Positions 1 to 7,050 of a stretch of 58,696 nucleotides of DNA are shown piece after piece. Location of the stretch: NCBI GenBank assembly GCA_041651735.1, contig JBAZIR010000002.1, positions 1-58,696 of the forward strand. Reading direction: 5' to 3'. The notes under the pieces were generated by a model. The model saw nothing but the letters and a program-made list of their open reading frames with translations, did no database searches and was not told the DNA's origin. The DNA is from Verrucomicrobiia bacterium (GTDB lineage Bacteria; Verrucomicrobiota; Verrucomicrobiia; CAIQCK01). Position 1 is the stretch's first letter. Each line of letters starts with the position of its first letter. Position numbers and translations under genes: made by a program.

Positions 1-592
1 GGGCGCCGAGCCGTTCGATGGCGGCGGCCACGTCCACGCCGGCAGCGGCCAGACTGCCGGTGTCTACGGTCACGCCGACGGCCGGGCTGGCGACGAGTTC
101 CAGCAGCTTCTCAGCCTGCTCGACGGTTTCCACCAACATGCCGGCGCGGATCTCGATGCCCAGCTTTACGCCGAACGATTCAGCCTGACGCGCGGCCAAA
201 CGGATGGGCTCGCCAACGAGTTGGGCCGAGCCGTCCCAATCGCTCTCGAGCTGCGGCTTGTTGCCGCTCTGCACGGTGACGACCTGGGCGCCGAGGGTCT
301 TGGCGGCGCGCAACGAACCCGCAACAAACTCCAGTTGCGCGGAGCGGATCATGCGGTCGGCGCTGTTCCACGCGGCCATGGCAACATTGAGCGTCGCCAC
401 GCGCAAACCGGCGAGCGCGTCCTCAACGATCGTCACGTTGATATTGCTGGAGGCAGTGGGATCGTAGTGCGGACAATACGACGGGAAGAGGCAACAGAGG
501 TCCACGGTGTCAAAGCCAAGCCGGCGGATGCGGCCCGCCGCTGTGACCAGTGGCAGCCGCCGGAACGTAAGCGTGGAAGCGCCGAGTTTCAT
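1..592 (-). CDS. sugar phosphate isomerase/epimerase, xylose-isomerase-like TIM barrel (C-terminus cut by window edge)
   Basis: Not in the ORF track because no stop lies in the window. My translation of the reverse strand from ATG (592-590) reads MKLGASTLTFRRLPLVTAAGRIRRLGFDTVDLCC...AKTLGAQVVTVQSGN...AESFGVKLGIEIRAGMLVETVEQAEKLLELV... This layout is typical of AP-endonuclease-2/xylose-isomerase-like TIM barrels. Confidence 0.6.
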   Translation of the reverse strand, partial: MKLGASTLTFRRLPLVTAAGRIRRLGFDTVDLCCLFPSYCPHYDPTASSNINVTIVEDALAGLRVATLNVAMAAWNSADRMIRSAQLEFVAGSLRAAKTLGAQVVTVQSGNKPQLESDWDGSAQLVGEPIRLAARQAESFGVKLGIEIRAGMLVETVEQAEKLLELVASPAVGVTVDTGSLAAAGVDVAAAIERLGA

Positions 593-676
593 TGTGAACG
601 ACAACTGACTATAGCGCAGCAAACGATTCCAGCCAAACGATCCATGCCGCCGCTCTGGCGCGGGGCCGGCGGCCGG

Positions 677-1849
677 TTACGCGCGCTTGCGGCAGAACCG
701 CTCGATGCGGTCCAGGCCTTTTTCGATGTTGGCCATCGAGCTGGCGTAGGAGAGCCGGACGTGCCGGTCGGTGCCGAACGCTTCGCCGGGAACGACGGCA
801 ACCTTTTCCTCTTCGAGCAGTTGTTTGGAGAACTCCATCGGTGCGAGACCGAGCTTGCTGACGTTGGGCAGCAGATAGAAAGCGCCCTTCGCGTCAATGC
901 ACGTCACGCCGGGGATGGCGTTGAGCCGTTGCAGCATGTAGGAACGCCGCTTGGCGAACTCGGCCAGCCACACTTTGAAATGGTCCTGCGGACCCGTGAG
1001 CGCCGCCACTGCGCCAGCTTGCGCGAAACTGGTCGGGTTCGACGTGGAGTGACTCTGGATGGCGTCAATCGCCTTGGCGATCGGCTCCGGCGCTGCGAGG
1101 TAGCCGAGTCGCCAACCTGTCATTGAGTAAGCCTTCGAGAATCCGATCACCGTGACCGTCTGCGCGTAGAACTCCGGCCCGGACGACGCGAGGCTGTGAT
1201 GCGTTGCGCCGGGGTAAATGAGGTCTTCGTAAATCTCATCGCTGAGGATAAGCACGCCCTTCTCGATGCAGACGCGGCCGAGCGCTTCCAGTTCCGCCCG
1301 CGTATAGACCGAGCCGGTTGGGTTCGACGGCGAGTTGAGGATGAAGAGCTTCGTGCGCGACGTGATGGCTGCGCGTAACTGTTCCGGCGTAATCTTGAAC
1401 TCCGTGGCGTCGGCAGTGGGCAGGATCACGGGCTTGGCGCCGGCCATCTTCACCATTTCTGGATAGCTCAGCCAGTAGGGCGCGGGGATGATCACCTCGT
1501 CGCCGGGGTTGCATGTGGCGAAGACGACGTTGAAGCAGGAGTGTTTCCCGCCGCAGGAGACGATGACCTGGCTGGACTTGTATTGGATGCCGTTTTTGCG
1601 CGCGAGTTTGTCGGCGATGGCCTGGCGCAACTCCGGCGTGCCGCTGGAGGGCGTGTATTTGGTCATGCCCCTGGCCAGCGCGGCGGCGGCGGCGTCCTTG
1701 ATGTGCTGCGGCGTGTCGAAGTCCGGCTCGCCGGCGCCGAAACCACAGACATCCTCGCCGGCGGCCTTCATAGCCTTGGCTTTGGCATCCACTGCCAGCG
1801 TCAGCGAAGGTGTCAGTGCCTTGGAACGATCCGCAACGAAGTCTTTCAT
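677..1849 (-). CDS. class-I PLP-dependent aminotransferase (aspartate aminotransferase type)
   Basis: 390-aa ORF with hallmark motifs GEPDFDTP, ILNSPSNPTG and GFSKAYSMTGWRLGY (Schiff-base Lys). Confidence 0.9.
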   Translation of the reverse strand: MKDFVADRSKALTPSLTLAVDAKAKAMKAAGEDVCGFGAGEPDFDTPQHIKDAAAAALARGMTKYTPSSGTPELRQAIADKLARKNGIQYKSSQVIVSCGGKHSCFNVVFATCNPGDEVIIPAPYWLSYPEMVKMAGAKPVILPTADATEFKITPEQLRAAITSRTKLFILNSPSNPTGSVYTRAELEALGRVCIEKGVLILSDEIYEDLIYPGATHHSLASSGPEFYAQTVTVIGFSKAYSMTGWRLGYLAAPEPIAKAIDAIQSHSTSNPTSFAQAGAVAALTGPQDHFKVWLAEFAKRRSYMLQRLNAIPGVTCIDAKGAFYLLPNVSKLGLAPMEFSKQLLEEEKVAVVPGEAFGTDRHVRLSYASSMANIEKGLDRIERFCRKRA

Positions 1850-1883
1850 GGCTTCGATCCTCCTGCTTAACCACCGCCCGCGA

Positions 1884-3059
1884 TCAACCCAGCTTGCCGT
1901 AAAACTTTTCCACGATCTGTTTGAAGTTGTTCTCCTGGAAATTGATGATGCCGACCTCGCGCTTGGCGTTGTCCGGCGAGTCGGAAGCGTGCGCGGCGTT
2001 GACCATCACCGACTGGCCGAACTCGCGCCGGATGGTGCCCGGACCGGCTTTCTTCGGATCGGTCGGCCCCAGCACCTCGCGAATCTTCCGCACCGCGTCC
2101 GTGCCTTCATAGACGACCGCGATGCACTTGGCGAGACCCGGCGCGTTCTTGTGGCCGGGGTCGCACTGGGCCGGCGCGATGCCGGTCATGAACTTCACGA
2201 TCTGTTGGAAGAGCGCCTCGCCGAAATACGGGCCGAGCAGGTTTCCGAGTTTCTCGACGGCGTCGGCCGGCAGTTTCATTTCCAGCGCCTGCTCCACCGT
2301 CGGCAGCACCTTGGCCAGCGCCATGCCCTGCATTTTGGCCAGCAACTGCTCACGCACGGGACCGTAGAAATTCTCAGCCTGCGCGACGCTCATCTGGTGG
2401 ACCTTCATCCCCACGATGTAGAGGCCGGTGCTGGAAAACACATCCAGCACGTTGCCAGGCCGGCCGCTGGGAAAGTTGAAATTGTCGGGCTTGATCAACA
2501 CCAGCGTGCGCTGCGGCTTCGCGTGGGCGGGATACTGGATGGTATTGTCCACCAAACCGCCGTCGGTATCGGAGTGACGGGCCCAAAGCTTGAGCTTGTA
2601 GGTTGCTTCTTCCTGCGTCGGCGCCGCCAGCACGGCCGGCTCGAAATACTTCGCCTCCCCCTTCGGGCCAAGCACGTAATCACCGTAGGTGTCGCGAATG
2701 GCCACGCCGCGCACCGGACCGGTCGTCACGTTGCCGACCACGTTGCGCACGCGATGCACCGCGTCATCGCCTTGGAACAGCAGCATCAGCGTCCGCTTGC
2801 GCCGTCCGGTCTTCGGATCCGGCATGTAGTTCTCCAGGACGTAGCGCCGGATCAACTCCTGCACATCCTGCGGCTGCGGATCGTTCTTCGTGACCACCGT
2901 TGCGGCGTATTCCTCCACCAACTCCTTGCTGGGAGCGAACACCCGCGCGGCTACCAAATCCAGCGCCGTGCGCGACATCAGACGCGCCAGCACACCACCG
3001 GTGCGCGACTTGAATAACGTGTAAGGATTGACCAGTACGTAGGCCAGTTCTTCAGCCAT
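1884..3059 (-). CDS. tandem nucleoside-diphosphate-kinase-domain protein (degenerate N-terminal NDK-like half, intact C-terminal half)
   Basis: 391 aa. The C-terminal half has RTLVLIKPDNF...LYIVGMKVHQMSVAQAENFY...GPGTIRREFG...NAAHASDSPDNAKREV, matching the NDK N-x-x-H-[GA]-SDS active site. The N-terminal half (YVLVNPYT...VAARVF...GVAIRDTYGD...FEPAVLA) aligns to NDK but lacks the catalytic His motif. Confidence 0.75.
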   Translation of the reverse strand: MAEELAYVLVNPYTLFKSRTGGVLARLMSRTALDLVAARVFAPSKELVEEYAATVVTKNDPQPQDVQELIRRYVLENYMPDPKTGRRKRTLMLLFQGDDAVHRVRNVVGNVTTGPVRGVAIRDTYGDYVLGPKGEAKYFEPAVLAAPTQEEATYKLKLWARHSDTDGGLVDNTIQYPAHAKPQRTLVLIKPDNFNFPSGRPGNVLDVFSSTGLYIVGMKVHQMSVAQAENFYGPVREQLLAKMQGMALAKVLPTVEQALEMKLPADAVEKLGNLLGPYFGEALFQQIVKFMTGIAPAQCDPGHKNAPGLAKCIAVVYEGTDAVRKIREVLGPTDPKKAGPGTIRREFGQSVMVNAAHASDSPDNAKREVGIINFQENNFKQIVEKFYGKLG

Positions 3060-3152
3060 AAATCACCTCAGCCTCCCTTTTCACTGCGCCGGACGGGAGA
3101 AAATCCGGCAACCGCCGCCACGGCCTGAAGACCGCCTGCGACGCCAGTCAAC

Positions 3153-3299
3153 TTAGCTCTTGCCGAGAATCTTGAACATTCCCGTGCCGCACGCCGGGCA
3201 CTTGCCCTGAAGCGCCTTACGGCCGTTCTTCATGGTCACTTCCTTGGCCTCGGCGATTTCTTTCTTCGCCTTGCATTTCACACAATAGCCTTCTGCCAT
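3153..3299 (-). CDS. small CxxC...CxxC zinc-ribbon protein (DUF5679-like), 48 aa
   Basis: Missed by the ORF track, which appears to list only ORFs of 60 aa or more. The reverse strand reads ATG(3299)...TAA(3155-3153): MAEGYCVKCKAKKEIAEAKEVTMKNGRKALQGKCPACGTGMFKILGKS. An AAGGAG Shine-Dalgarno lies about 9 nt upstream (reverse complement of 3300-3315). The sequence closely resembles the DUF5679 family as I remember it. Confidence 0.7.
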   Translation of the reverse strand: MAEGYCVKCKAKKEIAEAKEVTMKNGRKALQGKCPACGTGMFKILGKS

Positions 3300-3623
3300 A
3301 AATAGAAAATCTCCTTATGAACGGCCTTTATGGCCGCTCTTGACTTCGAGACCGTAGAAGCCCCCCCCCGGCAGCGTCAAGCGCAATCCCTGACCTGGCT
3401 TCCCTGCCGCTCGATGCATAGATCCGGTCTTCTGATGACAAATTGCTGCCGGTGGGCGAACTTTTCACGGCTGATGGCAACTAATGCTTGAACCAACAAG
3501 AGTTGGCCGCGACATGCTAAGATCGCCCATTTCGCCGGACACTGGATGTGTCGGTGGAAGGAGTTCGCTGTTGCATCTGGTTTGCTTTTGGGCTAAGCAG
3601 ACCGGGCGCGGCGACACGTTATC

Positions 3624-4892
3624 ATGATAAGCGTTGCACGAATTACCGATCTGCCCGGGCTGTTTGCAACCCGCCTGAGGTCACTCCCTTTTTACCTTGT
3701 TGCGCTTCTGCTGCACTTGCTCTTCTTCCTGATCTTCGGCACGTACACTGTGAGCGAGCGTGCCGAGCCCATCATCACCGTATTCAGCGCGCCGCCGCCC
3801 GTCGCGCCGAACACCCCCAACGTGCCGCCGCCGCCACCGCCGCCGCAGGACCGGTCGCTCCAGAACGTCAGCTCTCCGACCGCCCCGTCGCCCGCCATGC
3901 GCAACAACCTGCGCCCCATTACCACCAGCGGCCGAAACGCGAGCCAGATCATCAGTTCCCCGGCGATGATCACCGCCGCTATCAACCAGCAATCCACGAT
4001 CCGTTCCTCGACGCCGACGATGTCGATGGACGCGAGCCGCGGCCCGGCACACATTCCGACGCTGCAACTGCGCCAGACGCTTACCCGCGCCTCCGGATTC
4101 CTCCAAGCCGGCGCAGGCGTCAGCGGTTCGGGCCGCGCCACGCGCGCGCGGTTTGCGTGCTACTGGGCCATCTACCAAGGCGGCGACTGGAACTGCAATC
4201 CGACGGCGCTGCCAAACCTGACGGCGCAGGTGGCTCGTTGGTCGCGCGACCGCATCCAGCAAAAAACGGAGCCGCAACCCATCGTGGTCTCCAGCAAAGA
4301 CCTCTTCACCATCAAGCCGCCATTTATCTTCATCACCGGCCACAAGGATTTCACCTTCACTGAGGAAGAGATCGAAAATCTGCGCCAGTATCTGCACGCC
4401 GGCGGCGCGATCTGGGCCGACAACGACCTGCCGGGACGCCGCTCGCGGTTCGATATCGCCTTCCGCCGCGAGATGAAGCGCGTGCTGACTGACCGCGACT
4501 TCGAGAAGCTGCCGGAAGACCACCCGATCATGTCCTCGTATTTCCCGCTGCGGAAGCTGCCGTCGGGAATGAACTCCTACCAGGAACCGATCGAAGTGCT
4601 CCGTCTCATCGCCAACGAGATCGCCGTGGTCTATACGTTGAACGCCTACGGCGATTTCTGGGAGTGCGCGCTGGACGAGACCGACCGGATTGACCGGCAG
4701 CTTTACCGCACGAGCGCCCGGGGCGGCTTCCATAAGTGGGGGCCGCATTTCGGCAGTTATTACACCGCCACGCATTACCGCAACGTCACCGACGAGGCGG
4801 TTGTCAATGCTTACAAGCTCGGCATCAATATCGTTGTCCACCTGCTCACTCGTTACGACGACCGTTTGCGCGCGATGGGAGTCCACCGCTAA
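3624..4892 (+). CDS. membrane-anchored DUF4159 domain protein
   Basis: N-terminal TM helix (LPFYLVALLLHLLFFLIFG), Pro-rich linker (PPPPPPP). The C-terminal region GGDWNCNPTALPNL...PFIFITGHKDFTFTEEEIENLRQYLHAGGAIWADN...LGINIVVHLLT matches DUF4159 as I recall it. Confidence 0.7.
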   Translation: MISVARITDLPGLFATRLRSLPFYLVALLLHLLFFLIFGTYTVSERAEPIITVFSAPPPVAPNTPNVPPPPPPPQDRSLQNVSSPTAPSPAMRNNLRPITTSGRNASQIISSPAMITAAINQQSTIRSSTPTMSMDASRGPAHIPTLQLRQTLTRASGFLQAGAGVSGSGRATRARFACYWAIYQGGDWNCNPTALPNLTAQVARWSRDRIQQKTEPQPIVVSSKDLFTIKPPFIFITGHKDFTFTEEEIENLRQYLHAGGAIWADNDLPGRRSRFDIAFRREMKRVLTDRDFEKLPEDHPIMSSYFPLRKLPSGMNSYQEPIEVLRLIANEIAVVYTLNAYGDFWECALDETDRIDRQLYRTSARGGFHKWGPHFGSYYTATHYRNVTDEAVVNAYKLGINIVVHLLTRYDDRLRAMGVHR

Positions 4893-4894
4893 CC

Positions 4895-7000
4895 ATGCAC
4901 CCCAAATCACCCCGAAGCCCACATCGTGCGCGCCTCGCGCTGACTGTCGCCGTGTGCTTCCTTGCGGCGGCTTCGCTGCACGGCGCAGGCTCCAACCACA
5001 TCGTCAACGCCGACTTCGAACTGGTCGGCCCCATCCCAAACACTTGGGATGGCGTGGACAGCGCCGGCCGGTTGTTGGTGCAATCACGCAACCAGTCCAT
5101 CATCGTGGAGGGCGCCACCGCCAGTTCCATCGCATTTCCGAGTTCGCCAAACTTTGTGGACCTCGACGGTGACGGCAAGAAAGACATCGTTATCGGCGAC
5201 TCCAACGGTTTCATCTGGTGGTTCAAAAATTACGGCGAGAAAGGCAAGCCGGTTTTCAAAACGGGCAAGTTCTTCCCGAGCTTCTACGGCGCTTCCTGCA
5301 AACTAAACGTTTGCGACTGGAACGGTGACGGCCTGCCGGACTTCGTCATCGGCGACTCTGAGGGTTACGTCCATGCCGTGCTCAACATTGGCAACCGCGC
5401 GGAGCCGAAGTTCACCTCGGCCATGGCCAAGCCGCGTATCGGCGTTTACGGCAATCTCAACGACAACCTCGACGCCAAACCGCTCGACTACGGGCGGAAG
5501 CCGCTCATCATCGGCAACTACGCCAGCCCGTGTGTCAGCGACTGGAACAGCGATGGCCGGCCTGACCTCATCGTCGGCGAGGGCACCTATTCTGCCAACA
5601 GCGTCTGGATTTTCCTCAACACCGGCTCCGCGCAGAATCCCAAGTTCGAGGACGGCTGCAAATACCCGCTGGCCTACGGCGATGGGCGTGAGCAGTTGAC
5701 TCCCGCTGTGTGCGACTGGGACGGCGATGGTCTTCCCGACCTGATTGTCGGTGAACGCGAAGGCCGCATTTGCTTCTACCGGGGCAAACGCCAGGGCTTC
5801 TTTGGCGGCGTCGCCGCCTTGCTGGGCAAGGCTGCGCCGACGCTGCTGGATTTCACCAGCTATGTTCCCGTCGGCCACGAAGACTCGCCCGCCGTGCGCC
5901 TGGCCGACCTGAAAGACCCGACCGGCATCGTCGTGACACTCCAGCAGGCCAAGGACCCATTCTCAAAATTCCTCTGCACACGGCTGGAAACCAATGTGAT
6001 GACGATGATCACCAACCACAATACCAACAAGGTGATCAAGCCGACGTTGCCGCCCGCGATGGTGGTCGAATTCAACAAACTCCTTTCCGGCCCGAGCCTC
6101 TACAGCACCAACCACTGCGTTGGCCTCGTCCTGTGCCCGGAAGCGAAGGAGCTTCTCGCCAAACTACCTAAAGGCCCCGACCTTGCGCGTCTCAACCGTT
6201 TCGTCCTCGAAGCCGCCTTCCCCCAACTTGCCAAACACCGCGGCGATATCGTGCTCTGGCCGATGACGTTCGCTTGTCCTTGCGATTGGAATGAAGACGG
6301 CCTGCTCGATCTCCTGTTCGGCCGCCCCGACGGTCGCATCCAGGTGTCCTTGAACAAAGGCACGAAAGGCAACCCGGTCATGGGCCCGCTGCGTGACGTC
6401 AGGGGCACCGACGTCGAAAAAGACAGCACACGGCCACTCGCGTGGACGTATGCCTACTCGCTGTTCTCCAACTCCTGCTTCCTGCCCGAAGCACTGCAGT
6501 CCGATACCAGTCCCGGCGGTGAAGTCGTCAAGCCGAAGAACGGGAAGTATTTTCTGAAATGGTCGTACCGCCACAATTACCCCGGTTACAACATGTTTTG
6601 GGAGGCGCACGCCGGCTGGGGTTTGGGCCTGCAGAACTGGCTGCCGCACACTTGGGAAGTCGGCGGTAAATGGCTGCGGGTCGCCACCAAGCCGCTCACG
6701 ATCGGCAAGAACTACACGTTTTCTTTCTGGAGTCGCGGCCAGGACGTCAAACTCAACTGGTTCCTCGGCATGGTCGAGGCGATTGAGAATCCCGCCCGCC
6801 GCGGCACCGGTCAGTGGGAAGTCCACAAGGTGGACGGCTCGCAGGGCCTGACGCCGTCGTGGCAGCAGTTCACGCGCACCTTCGCCATTCCCGGCTCGAA
6901 AGCCAGCCGGGGCCAGGCGCTGCCCTTCGACCTCTTCCTGCAAATGGTTGGCACCGGCACCGCCTACTTCGACGACTTCCGCCTCGAAGGCCCGCAGTAA
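4895..7000 (+). CDS. secreted FG-GAP/VCBS repeat beta-propeller protein with C-terminal beta-sandwich (CBM-like) module
   Basis: Start moved to ATG 4895, 2 nt after the previous stop, because the upstream part of track ORF 4736 overlaps the DUF4159 gene. Signal peptide MHPKSPRSPHRARLALTVAVCFLAAASLHGA. Repeats DLDGDGKKDIVIGD, CDWNGDGLPDFVIGD, SDWNSDGRPDLIVGE, CDWDGDGLPDLIVGE, CDWNEDGLLDLLFG. Tail ...YTFSFWSRG...AYFDDFRLEG. Confidence 0.8.
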   Translation: MHPKSPRSPHRARLALTVAVCFLAAASLHGAGSNHIVNADFELVGPIPNTWDGVDSAGRLLVQSRNQSIIVEGATASSIAFPSSPNFVDLDGDGKKDIVIGDSNGFIWWFKNYGEKGKPVFKTGKFFPSFYGASCKLNVCDWNGDGLPDFVIGDSEGYVHAVLNIGNRAEPKFTSAMAKPRIGVYGNLNDNLDAKPLDYGRKPLIIGNYASPCVSDWNSDGRPDLIVGEGTYSANSVWIFLNTGSAQNPKFEDGCKYPLAYGDGREQLTPAVCDWDGDGLPDLIVGEREGRICFYRGKRQGFFGGVAALLGKAAPTLLDFTSYVPVGHEDSPAVRLADLKDPTGIVVTLQQAKDPFSKFLCTRLETNVMTMITNHNTNKVIKPTLPPAMVVEFNKLLSGPSLYSTNHCVGLVLCPEAKELLAKLPKGPDLARLNRFVLEAAFPQLAKHRGDIVLWPMTFACPCDWNEDGLLDLLFGRPDGRIQVSLNKGTKGNPVMGPLRDVRGTDVEKDSTRPLAWTYAYSLFSNSCFLPEALQSDTSPGGEVVKPKNGKYFLKWSYRHNYPGYNMFWEAHAGWGLGLQNWLPHTWEVGGKWLRVATKPLTIGKNYTFSFWSRGQDVKLNWFLGMVEAIENPARRGTGQWEVHKVDGSQGLTPSWQQFTRTFAIPGSKASRGQALPFDLFLQMVGTGTAYFDDFRLEGPQ

Positions 7001-7050
7001 CAACGCGGAACCGGCGCAGTTCCCCGTCTGCCGTGTCGCAGAAGAACGGG

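Noticed and set aside
1488-3017. 509-aa + strand ORF, and similar long ORFs: 6814..9723 +, 12225..14453 +, 32695..34377 -, 43166..45532 -, 40788..41867 -, 53091..54698 +, 54920..56095 -, 56317..57696 -.
   Set aside because: All lie antisense to ORFs with clear family motifs. They are Arg/Ala/Gly/His-rich and have no recognisable domains. This is the typical shadow-ORF pattern of high-GC DNA.
3300-3623. 324-nt intergenic region considered as a possible ncRNA or riboswitch locus.
   Set aside because: Only a weak 5-bp hairpin (cggcc-tttat-ggccg) is present, with no recognisable riboswitch core. It is more simply explained as a divergent promoter region.
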